Source: Candidatus Poseidoniaceae archaeon (lineage in GTDB: Archaea > Thermoplasmatota > Poseidoniia > Poseidoniales > Poseidoniaceae). From it: a DNA stretch of 64,000 nt. Made by a program: the position numbers and the translations under genes. Of this stretch, positions 35,766 to 44,275 are shown in pieces (the first letter of the stretch is position 1; every line of letters begins with the position of its first letter). The DNA lies in contig CASICQ010000006.1 of assembly GCA_949373235.1 (NCBI GenBank), forward strand, positions 4,358 through 68,357, read 5' to 3'. The notes beneath the pieces were generated by a model, which did no database searches, was not told the origin of the DNA, and worked only from the letters and a program-made list of their open reading frames with translations.

Positions 35766-36591
35766 CTTCATTCACCTCCAAAGCGGGTGTTGCTGGTGGT
35801 TTTGGTGTGAAAAAAGATCGCCACATGCCTGTGAATCGTCCTTCCTTCTCGTCATCTTCTTGCCGTTGCCTCGCGGTGTCTTTAGTGAGGGCGACGTATG
35901 CATCCTCTAAGGAAGTTGAATTGGTTGACTTGAGAAGTTCTTCGGGGGATCCATCAGCACGAACTTCACCGTTGTGGACGATGACGATGCGGTCGCAAAC
36001 TTGTTCGGCTTCTGCAAGTTGGTGTGTGGAATAAATCACCGTTCCGCCCTCGTTTTTCAACTGGTGGACCAACCTTCTCACGGTTCTTGCGCTCGTGATG
36101 TCTAACCCTGCAGTGGGTTCGTCAAGGAGAAGAATGGACGGACCGTGGGCCAAGGCTCTCAGTAAAGCAGTCTTCTGGCGCATACCACGGCTAAATCCCT
36201 TGGTGTGACGGCCCAGACTGTCCACCATGTCGAGGTGTTGTGCGAACTTGGCTGTACGGGCCCAAGCATCCTTGTCAGAAATGCCGTGCATTCTTGAGTG
36301 GTAACGTATATTTTCCCATGCAGTGAGTCTAGAGTAAAGGCCAGTGGACTCTGGCACCACGCCGAGGGCTTGTCGCATTTTTGTAACTGGATTGCCGTCT
36401 GCGAGCAACACTGTTCCAGAAGTTGGCGTATACACACCCGCCATAAGCCGGAGAAGGGTTGTTTTTCCAGCACCATTGCTGCCTACAAGGCCTACAACTT
36501 CACCCGCGTTGATATCGAGGTCAACCCTGTCAAGAGCTTGCAAATCACCGAAGGATTTCGACACACTGGTCAGCGTTAACAGCGGTTGCAT
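35758..36591 (-). CDS. natA: ABC transporter ATP-binding protein, NatA-like
   Basis: GSNGAGKTT, FSRGMRQK, LLLDEPTAGLD, STH. Confidence 0.9.
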   Translation of the reverse strand: MQPLLTLTSVSKSFGDLQALDRVDLDINAGEVVGLVGSNGAGKTTLLRLMAGVYTPTSGTVLLADGNPVTKMRQALGVVPESTGLYSRLTAWENIRYHSRMHGISDKDAWARTAKFAQHLDMVDSLGRHTKGFSRGMRQKTALLRALAHGPSILLLDEPTAGLDITSARTVRRLVHQLKNEGGTVIYSTHQLAEAEQVCDRIVIVHNGEVRADGSPEELLKSTNSTSLEDAYVALTKDTARQRQEDDEKEGRFTGMWRSFFTPKPPATPALEVNEDE

Positions 36592-36601
36592 GTTTTTCAC
36601 C

Positions 36602-36970
36602 TCACGATGCTCTACCAGATTCAACTGCTGAATCGAGGCCAGGATGTTTCTCCTCAAGATGGCACGCTCGAATCAGTTGCTGCTTCAGTTGTTCAAATAT
36701 TTCTTGTTGGGGGACGCCCATTTCTACGAGGTTTCCGATCATGTTGAACGCCCCTTGTATCGCACCTGCGTCGAGGTATGCATCGTTCGAAATAGCACCT
36801 GATTGGCGAAGAACATCAAGGCGGTCAGCGATGTACTGAGCCTCCTTGCGTACCCGAGGCCCATCAACGTGGGCTAAGGCGATGAATGTGTCAACACATG
36901 TGCGCATGATGGCATCTTTGATGCGCACGATTATGATGGTTACCCTTTGAGGTGATGGAATATCCTTCAA
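36602..36970 (-). CDS. Hypothetical helical protein (start uncertain)
   Basis: Fills the operon between mce and natA with a 4-bp overlap; no family recognised. Confidence 0.6.
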   Translation of the reverse strand: MKDIPSPQRVTIIIVRIKDAIMRTCVDTFIALAHVDGPRVRKEAQYIADRLDVLRQSGAISNDAYLDAGAIQGAFNMIGNLVEMGVPQQEIFEQLKQQLIRACHLEEKHPGLDSAVESGRAS

Positions 36971-37407
36971 CGGGGCGATTCTGTCAATTCGACCAGAACG
37001 CCACCCGTCGATTTTGGATGTACAAAGGCAATTCGTTTTCCACCGGCACCCATTCTCGGTTTCTCATCGATCATGACGATACCGTTTTCCTTTAGGTGCT
37101 GAATGAGTCCAAGTAAATCACCAACTCGGAAGCAAATTTGCTGCACACCGGGCCCCCTCTTTGCGAGGAATCGCCCAATTGGGGTGTCCTCTGATGTTGG
37201 TTCTAGCAGTTCAACCATTGGTGGATGGGCACTGGATTTCGTAGGTTCATGCGAGGTTGAAAAAAAACGGGTGGTGACCCCTTGATCTTCGACCGTTTCG
37301 TCCTCAGCTGCTTGGGCAAGACCAAGCAGATTCCAAAAATCAGATGCACCATCCAATTCCGCTGTGGCTATTCCAATATGATCAATATAAATCGGTCCAA
37401 ATTTCAT
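36967..37407 (-). CDS. mce: Methylmalonyl-CoA epimerase
   Basis: IDHIGIA, ELLEP, GPGVQQI, FVHPKSTGGVLVEL. Confidence 0.92.
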   Translation of the reverse strand: MKFGPIYIDHIGIATAELDGASDFWNLLGLAQAAEDETVEDQGVTTRFFSTSHEPTKSSAHPPMVELLEPTSEDTPIGRFLAKRGPGVQQICFRVGDLLGLIQHLKENGIVMIDEKPRMGAGGKRIAFVHPKSTGGVLVELTESPR

Positions 37408-37416
37408 AGCGTCACC

Positions 37417-39063
37417 TCAGAATCCACTCGGTGCCATCCACGTGCCAAACACATCTTTCATTGCTTGCATAATTTCTCCAAGCGTGCACCCTGCCTTCAC
37501 GGCTTCAATGACGAGCGGGAAGAGGTTTTTCTCACCTGCGGCAGCAGCGCGAATCTTGCCCAGGTGGCCTTCACAATCTTGTTCGTCTCGATTGCTTCGC
37601 AACGCATTCAGTTTTTTACACTGGGCTTCGCCAACCGTGGGATCGAGTTTCAACACTTCTGGCGTTGATGTTTCTTCCATGACACCATGGTTGACGCCTA
37701 CAATGAGGCGAGACCCAGCTTCGACATCATTGAGGTGCGCATAGGCTGCGTTGTGGATTTCACGTTGCTGCCAACCTTGCTCAATTGCTTTCATGGCACC
37801 TCCAAGGGACTCAATGGTCTTTATTTGGGCCAATGCTTCATCATGAATGCGCTTTGTCAATTGCTCGACGTGGTACGAGCCACCGAGTGGGTCCACAACA
37901 TCAGCAGCCCCACTTTCTTCAGCGATAATTTGTTGGGTTCGCAAGGCCACAGTTGCGGATTTTTCCGTAGGCAATCCGAGCGCCTCGTCGTATGAATTCG
38001 TGTGGAGGCTTTGGGTTCCACCACAGACTGCCGCCAAGGCTTGAATCGTTACCCTTGCCACGTTGTTGAGGGGCTGTTGGGCCGTGAGGCTCACCCCCGC
38101 GACCTGTGTGTGGAACCTCAACATAGCGGATTTAGGATTTTTCGGCTGGTACCGTTCGCTGATCAATTCATACCACAGCGTACGGGCTGCTCTAAACTTG
38201 GATGCTTCTTCAAAAAAGTCATTATGGCAATTGAAAAAGAACGAAAGTCTTGGCCCAAAAGTATCGATGTCCAGACCTGACTCAATAGCGGCATCCACAT
38301 ATTCCAAGGCATTGGCCAAGGTAAAGGCTACTTCCTGGACGGCTGTGGATCCGGCTTCACGAATATGGTATCCGGAAATTGAGATTGTATTCCAACGTGG
38401 AACTTCTGCCGCGCAGTATTCGAAGATATCCGTGATCAAACGCATGCTTTGTTTCGGAGGGAATACGTATGTGCCTCGTGCGATGTATTCCTTGAGAATA
38501 TCATTTTGAATGGTTCCAAGAACTTCACTTGAAGCAACCCCTTGTTCCTCCGCCACCGCGATGTACATGGCAAGCAGAACCATTGCTGGAGCGTTGATTG
38601 TCATCGAAGTACTCACTTTGTCCAGCGGAATGCCTTGGAGCAATTCCCTCATGTCGTCAAGTTGTGAAATCGAAACACCAACTTTCCCAACTTCCCCATA
38701 TGACATTTCGTCATCAGCATCTAAGCCAAGTTGTGTCGGTAAGTCAAACGCCACAGAGAGTCCTTTTTGCCCACGTTCAAGCAAGAGTTTGAACCGTTCG
38801 TTTGTGGCCGATGCACTCGAGAATCCCGCATATTGTCGCATGGTCCACAAACGAGACCGATACATTGTGGAGTGGATGCCACGCGTGTACGGCGGGCTTC
38901 CTGCTGATCCTAATTCGGTTTGTTCTGAACTTGCTTGACGAACCGTTTCGGGTGTGCTTTGAAGCGGTAAATCGAGCCCGCTTAGGGTGTTCCACTGCTC
39001 CTTGCGTTCAGTGACCATGCCTTGCCCAAGAGGACGGGCTTCATCAAGACTCGCTTGGTTCAA
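37417..39063 (-). CDS. mcmA1: Methylmalonyl-CoA mutase, large (substrate-binding) subunit
   Basis: WTMRQYAGF, GLSVAFDLPTQ, QNDILKEYIARGTY, SISGYHIREAG; no B12-binding domain. Start may be ATG 39018. Confidence 0.93.
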   Translation of the reverse strand: MNQASLDEARPLGQGMVTERKEQWNTLSGLDLPLQSTPETVRQASSEQTELGSAGSPPYTRGIHSTMYRSRLWTMRQYAGFSSASATNERFKLLLERGQKGLSVAFDLPTQLGLDADDEMSYGEVGKVGVSISQLDDMRELLQGIPLDKVSTSMTINAPAMVLLAMYIAVAEEQGVASSEVLGTIQNDILKEYIARGTYVFPPKQSMRLITDIFEYCAAEVPRWNTISISGYHIREAGSTAVQEVAFTLANALEYVDAAIESGLDIDTFGPRLSFFFNCHNDFFEEASKFRAARTLWYELISERYQPKNPKSAMLRFHTQVAGVSLTAQQPLNNVARVTIQALAAVCGGTQSLHTNSYDEALGLPTEKSATVALRTQQIIAEESGAADVVDPLGGSYHVEQLTKRIHDEALAQIKTIESLGGAMKAIEQGWQQREIHNAAYAHLNDVEAGSRLIVGVNHGVMEETSTPEVLKLDPTVGEAQCKKLNALRSNRDEQDCEGHLGKIRAAAAGEKNLFPLVIEAVKAGCTLGEIMQAMKDVFGTWMAPSGF

Positions 39064-39566
39064 TGGTCGTGGTGACCGTCTGGACCATGTGCATGGCCAT
39101 GAGACAATTCCTCTTCTGATGCTTCACGGAGTTCCACAACCTCAACAGAGAATGTCAGCGACTGTCCAGCCAAAGCATGGTTGAAATCTGCCGTAACCGT
39201 CTCATCAGTAAGGCTGGTAATTGTGAACGGGGATGGCCCGTGTGGCATTTGAGCGACGAGCTGCATGCCAACTTCGAGGGTTGCTTCTTCTTCGAGTTGC
39301 TTGAATTGTTCCCGTGGAATCTCCATCACTGCCTCGTTGTCTCGGTCTCCATAAGCGCGGTCTGAGGTCAGGGTGAATTCCCTTCGCTCTCCAACTTTTG
39401 CTCCCATGATTTCTTCTTCAAAACCAGGGATCATTTGCTTATGTCCAACGAGGAATGACAAGGGGTCTCGTCCTTCGCTGCTGTCAAAGACTTCACCGTT
39501 CTCGGGGAGAGTTCCGGTATAATGTACGCTTGCTATCATGTTTTCATTGACTGTTAATTCTGCCAT
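39060..39566 (-). CDS. slyD: FKBP-type PPIase, SlyD family
   Basis: FDSS, IPGFEE, AYG, DFNHALAG and His-rich tail HGHAHGPDGHHDH. Confidence 0.92.
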   Translation of the reverse strand: MAELTVNENMIASVHYTGTLPENGEVFDSSEGRDPLSFLVGHKQMIPGFEEEIMGAKVGERREFTLTSDRAYGDRDNEAVMEIPREQFKQLEEEATLEVGMQLVAQMPHGPSPFTITSLTDETVTADFNHALAGQSLTFSVEVVELREASEEELSHGHAHGPDGHHDH

Positions 39567-39570
39567 ATCT

Positions 39571-40397
39571 TCACCTTCTTGTTGTCATTTTGTTGACCAG
39601 ATCACGAATTCGTTGAGCCACGTCTTCGGGAAGAATTTCTTCAAGGACCTTCTGGTCGATGAATTCCATTGAATCGGCCACACCCATTCGCTCGCCCTTC
39701 GCCCAAACTTGCCCTAGGATATTAGAACGGTGCTCTTCAGGGATGTTGGGGTTGTCCAAGATATCTTTTGCAGCATACTTGTACTCCAAGTACTTTTGAC
39801 GGTTCAGTTTTTTCTCTTGCTTTTGTCGGCCGCCACCTTTTTTGTCGTGACGTCGGCGTTTTCGTCGACGATCACTGGATGTTTTTACGACTGTTACGTC
39901 GACGTTTTTGAAGACGTTTTTAGCTGCGGATTCATCAACTTTAGAAGCCACAGGTGTTACCACTGCAGTTGCTGTGGTTGATTCGACGCTGACCAACACA
40001 GGTTCGGTAACCGTTACAGGTTCTGCTTCTACTGGTTCGACAACAGGTTCAGAGTTTGCCTTGACTTTTGCCTTGGCATTTTGGCGGGATATTTCTGATT
40101 TTCTGCGAAGTTCGGCCATGCGATCTTCGTGGGACACCTGTGGTTGAGCAGGGGCTTGTTGTGCCACGGAGTTTGTCATTGTGGGGGAGTTCTTCCCGGG
40201 AACTGGTGATGATTGTGGTGCTTTGGATGAACCGCCTGATTGACGCTTCATTCTCTCCATAGCTTGTTTCTGTTTTTTGGCCAATTCCGACAATCCATCT
40301 GTGGTTTCGGCTTGGGGGGTTGCGGGTCGCGCAGGCGCTGCACGTCGTTCGCTGACCTTGCGATCGGTTTGCCGCTTATTGCGTTGAGCGGAGGCAT
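39571..40397 (-). CDS. Basic/low-complexity hypothetical protein, apparently frameshifted near 40293
   Basis: MPPLNAISG...PKPKPQMD joins LSELAKKQKQ... if one T is added (ATGGATTGTCG to ATGGATTTGTCG); C-terminal RRKRRRHDKKGGGRQ and helical domain. Confidence 0.6.
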
Positions 40398-40519
40398 TCG
40401 GTGCGAACGGATTGAAAGGTTCGTCCCGCTTTTTCCTTCCGCTGCGCTCGCTAATGTTGGTGGCCCCCGCTTTGTCCCACTTGTGACCGTATAAAAACCA
40501 TGAGTGTTGGTTAGGACCG

Positions 40520-41536
40520 TTAAACCGCCCATGTCACGGGTGTTTGGTCCGTTCGAAGGTACTGATCAACGGCGCTTTGCTCATAGGTTGTCGTTCGACC
40601 ATGATTCAATTCTATATGGCCCAAAAGTGCGATCATTGACCCGTTATCGATGCAAAACATGCGCGGCGGGGCGTGAGATGTTGCCCCTCGTTCTTCGGAC
40701 ATAAGCGTGCACATTTCTCGCAATCGATTGTTGCATGCAACGCCGCCACCAAGCAAAAGTTCGTTTTTACCGGTGTGGGCGAGCGCTCGCTCTGCGATTT
40801 CCACACACGCAGCAAAGGCATGTTCCTGCAGCGACCAGCACACAGCACCCAATTCAGCTCCATTGTCCAGAAGGCGCTGCGCTGCTGTCATCACGCCTGA
40901 GAACGCCAAGTCCATTCCTCGGACGGCAAAGGGCAACTCGAGGCCATCGAGGCTGGCACCGGTGTTTTCAGCGAGCCACTGCGATGCAAGTTTTTCGATT
41001 ACGGGTCCGCCGGGAAAAGGTATGCCTTGACCACGTGCAAACTTGTCCAACATGTTGCCAATGCCGATGTCGAGGGTTTCACCAAGGACCCGGTAACGAC
41101 CATCGAGGTGCGCTATGACCTGTGTATTTCCACCGGACACATACAGCAATATTGGATCCTGACAACCGCATTGCTGACGTCCAATTTCAATATGTGCGAC
41201 GCAATGGTTGACGCCGATCAGCGGGACTTCCAATCGACTGGAAAGCCCCCTTGCAATCGCTGCCCCTACTCGGAGGCAAGGGCCGAGTCCAGGGCCTTGA
41301 GAATACGCGACTGCTCCTATGTCTGAATGAATGAGCTGGTTCTGTTCGAGAAGTTGGTCGAACAACAGCGCTGCTGCATCTTTGTGGTGGTCGGCGGCTT
41401 GACGCGGATGAATCCCTCCTTCATCAGGGCGGACCGTTGAGGAACTTGCCGGCGTGGGAGTGCCCTTCGAATCCACCAAACCAAAGGACAAGGTGTGTGC
41501 TGTGGATTCAATGCCCAGTGTCCATGCCCCCGTCAT
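40520..41536 (-). CDS. kae1: tRNA N6-threonylcarbamoyltransferase Kae1/TsaD
   Basis: GIESTAHT, GGIHP, GPGLGPCL, NHCVAHIE, SGGNT, DNGSMIA. Confidence 0.95.
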   Translation of the reverse strand: MTGAWTLGIESTAHTLSFGLVDSKGTPTPASSSTVRPDEGGIHPRQAADHHKDAAALLFDQLLEQNQLIHSDIGAVAYSQGPGLGPCLRVGAAIARGLSSRLEVPLIGVNHCVAHIEIGRQQCGCQDPILLYVSGGNTQVIAHLDGRYRVLGETLDIGIGNMLDKFARGQGIPFPGGPVIEKLASQWLAENTGASLDGLELPFAVRGMDLAFSGVMTAAQRLLDNGAELGAVCWSLQEHAFAACVEIAERALAHTGKNELLLGGGVACNNRLREMCTLMSEERGATSHAPPRMFCIDNGSMIALLGHIELNHGRTTTYEQSAVDQYLRTDQTPVTWAV

Positions 41537-41587
41537 GGTTGGGACTAAGAGCCATTGTTCTTCAACCCTCAGCCCCAGCCCTCAACA

Positions 41588-42853
41588 ATGCGGACCGTCT
41601 TGCTTGACCTTGGCCCGTTGGCCCACCTCTCTGGTGATGGACCACTCTGTGGGTCTGACATGACCAACTATGAGTTATTGACAATGCCTGCTGGAAAAGG
41701 TATTGTTGTTATCGATGGCGTAATAGAATCTATTGAGGAATCATCGGAGCTCATGGAAGAATATGGAGGGGTTGAGGCTTCAACTGAACACGTCACTGTT
41801 GTTTCACTTGGCGGGGATGCGGTCGTTCCCGGGCTTGTGGATGGCCACAATCACCTGTTATGGGCGGGCGATCGTTCAAATGAAATTTCAATGAAGCAAA
41901 ATGGCATGTCGTACCAAGCCATTGCCGCAAACGGTGGAGGGATACAACACACCGTCCGTCAGACAGCATCCGCCTCGAGGGATGCTTTGGTCGAACTCGG
42001 TTATCAGCGCATGAGGGCTGCCCTGCTTAACGGAACAACACACATGGAAACCAAGAGCGGCTATGGACTCACGACAGAACGTGAGTTGCTGTTGCTCGAT
42101 GTAGCCGATCACCTCCAATCAATCAACCATCTGCCATCGATGGAACTCACTTGGTTAGGAGCCCATGACACGCCGATGAACCTCACACGTCCAGAATATG
42201 TGGAAGAGGTTCTAAGTCAACAATTGCCCGCAGTCTTGGACCAAGGGCTAGCCACTGCAGCGGATGTGTTCTGTGAACCTGGGTGGTTTACTGTCGAAGA
42301 AAGTGAAGACATTTTGCGTTCAGCAAAGTCTGGTGGCTTGCGCCAACGAATGCACATTGACGAATTTGTTGACGGCGGTGGAGGGGAACTTGCAGCCGAG
42401 TTAGGAGTGGTGACGGCCGATCACGCTCACCACACGTCGGTGGAAACGCGTATGAAAATGCAATCCGCTGGTGTGAACACTGGATTCCTTCCAGGCACGC
42501 CTTACACCATGGGTGAACCTTGGCCCTCATTCAATCAAGCCATCGAGGACAACTACTGCTGGTCGGTTGCCACAGATTTTAATCCAAATTGCAACATACT
42601 CAGTTTGCCATTCATTGGTTCCTTGTTGGTCCACCGGAACAAGGTGGATCCACTTGCAGCCCTTGTAGCATCAAGCCGCAACCCTTCCGAAACTTCACCT
42701 CACCCTGACGGGTTAGTTCACGGGCGAATTCAAGTGGGCGCCGCCGCCAACCTCAATGTCCTCAATGGCAACCAGTGGCAAAGCTGGTGCAACTCACCTG
42801 GTACCACACCGTTTAGAGCCACCATGCTAAATGGAAAACTCAACCATCACTGA
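41588..42853 (+). CDS. hutI: Imidazolonepropionase
   Basis: PGLVDGHNHL, GGGI..TV, KSGYGL, GAH, DVFCE, HIDEF, ATDFNP. Confidence 0.92.
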   Translation: MRTVLLDLGPLAHLSGDGPLCGSDMTNYELLTMPAGKGIVVIDGVIESIEESSELMEEYGGVEASTEHVTVVSLGGDAVVPGLVDGHNHLLWAGDRSNEISMKQNGMSYQAIAANGGGIQHTVRQTASASRDALVELGYQRMRAALLNGTTHMETKSGYGLTTERELLLLDVADHLQSINHLPSMELTWLGAHDTPMNLTRPEYVEEVLSQQLPAVLDQGLATAADVFCEPGWFTVEESEDILRSAKSGGLRQRMHIDEFVDGGGGELAAELGVVTADHAHHTSVETRMKMQSAGVNTGFLPGTPYTMGEPWPSFNQAIEDNYCWSVATDFNPNCNILSLPFIGSLLVHRNKVDPLAALVASSRNPSETSPHPDGLVHGRIQVGAAANLNVLNGNQWQSWCNSPGTTPFRATMLNGKLNHH

Positions 42854-42907
42854 TTATGCATTAATTGCCTATGAAACAAAAGATAAAGGATTTGGAGTTG
42901 CATTTTC

Positions 42908-43240
42908 ATGAGTCATAAAATCAAAAAGGTGTTCATTGAGACCGTCGTCTGTGGGGCAGCAAAAGGAAAGGGTGCTCGTTTTCTTCGAATGTTAGAAACG
43001 CGACAAGCATTCAAACGGCGCCAAGATGGGTGCCTTGCAGCTTGGGTCGCAAATTCGACGGATGGCACCGATATGGTTCTGGTTCAAACTGTCTTCAACG
43101 ATCGGCAAGCATGGAAGAAAATTTCTGATGAGGTTCTGAAGGTGTTGGATGCAAAAGATGGTGGCTTGGAATCCGTTGTTGCTGGCCCACCATTGATTGG
43201 CATGTTCGAAATTGATCCACGTCATCTGAAATTAGAGTGA
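42908..43240 (+). CDS. Dimeric alpha-beta barrel (ABM-like) protein
   Basis: Ferredoxin-like alternation; GKGARF...QDGCL pattern. Confidence 0.55.
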   Translation: MSHKIKKVFIETVVCGAAKGKGARFLRMLETRQAFKRRQDGCLAAWVANSTDGTDMVLVQTVFNDRQAWKKISDEVLKVLDAKDGGLESVVAGPPLIGMFEIDPRHLKLE

Positions 43241-43526
43241 CGTTTGGAAATACACTGTTTTCAACACCCCCTGCGCGTCGCATAATGTATGTTATACGAC
43301 ATTGGCCATGAATTGGGGTGAGGAACCTTCGTCACAGATTCTTGCACAGGCCCGCAGTAACCCGTTCAAGCGGGGTTCAGGGATTGATTCAATCAATGAA
43401 TCACCAATATTGCCCTTCGAGGAGGGGTTCAGAGGTCGAAAACCTCTATTTTTTGGCAATTCTAATATTCCTTCATTTAAAATCGAAGCATCTATCAATT
43501 GTACCTCCCACCAGAGCGTGAGTCAC

Positions 43527-43679
43527 ATGGCAGCTGTCGAAGGTTTTTGTTTGAAATGCAAAACGTATGGATCCATCAAAGATGGTCAATTGATCAAGAT
43601 GAAAAATGGCAGAACGCGCATGGCCGGCTATTGCTCCCAACCAGGCTGCACTGGAAAGATTTCCAAAATCGTAAGTTGA
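43527..43679 (+). CDS. Small basic zinc-ribbon protein, DUF5679-like (50 aa)
   Basis: FCLKCK..I....IKMKNGR..MAGYC...C..KISKI; true start is the internal ATG of the 125-aa ORF-track call. Confidence 0.8.
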   Translation: MAAVEGFCLKCKTYGSIKDGQLIKMKNGRTRMAGYCSQPGCTGKISKIVS

Positions 43680-43737
43680 ACCGATGCGTTTCAACCGATG
43701 CGATTTAATACACCTGTTCACAGGACAAATTACCTAG

Positions 43738-43813
43738 GGGCTCGTGGTCTAGGGGTTATGACGTCGCCTTGACATGGCGAAGATCGAGAGTTCAATTCTC
43801 TCCGAGCCCACCA
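43738..43813 (+). tRNA. tRNA-Val(GAC), intronless, CCA encoded
   Basis: Acceptor GGGCTCG/CGAGCCC-A-CCA; anticodon arm TCGCC-TTGACAT-GGCGA; T arm GAGAG-TTCAATT-CTCTC. Confidence 0.97.
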
Positions 43814-43899
43814 GTTACTACTACAACACCATATGAATTATGGATTAAAGCATTCTGAGAGGCATTTGCAGTAGAGTTATACTCCAGTGACAAAGAGTA

Positions 43900-44271
43900 T
43901 TATTCAACGGAACTAAGGTCTTCAGGTTCGGGGAATTCAAGTTCATCCGGGTCCACGCGAGCGAGTGGAGGTTCGTCAACGTCTTCCATTGTGAAATCGG
44001 AAGAACCTCCGTCCCAATGCACAATCTCTTCTGTTTCTTCGAATGATTCTTCTGGTACAGCTTGGTCACCTGAGAGCGAATAAGCCGTTGGGTCAATTGG
44101 TGCGCGTTCGACTGGCGCAACTGTAGGGTTCGGATCTTTCCGTTCATCCATATGGATTCCAGCATGGAACGTCCCGCATTCAGCGCACCTCACGGTACCT
44201 TTTCGTTCTAAGCAGCCGCAACTTGGGCACGCTGCAAGACCCGCATATGCAGTCAGCGGGTCTGAACTCAT
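43900..44271 (-). CDS. Zinc-finger protein with acidic tail
   Basis: CPSCGC...CAECGTFH followed by a D/E-rich region. Confidence 0.7.
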   Translation of the reverse strand: MSSDPLTAYAGLAACPSCGCLERKGTVRCAECGTFHAGIHMDERKDPNPTVAPVERAPIDPTAYSLSGDQAVPEESFEETEEIVHWDGGSSDFTMEDVDEPPLARVDPDELEFPEPEDLSSVE

Positions 44272-44275
44272 TCAA

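Noticed and set aside
43738-43900. Integrated element at tRNA-Val
   Set aside because: No integrase and no duplicated tRNA 3' end seen in the window.
43895-43905. Second GAGTATTATTC copy resembling the RHH operator unit
   Set aside because: Single copy overlapping a stop codon between convergent genes; probably chance.
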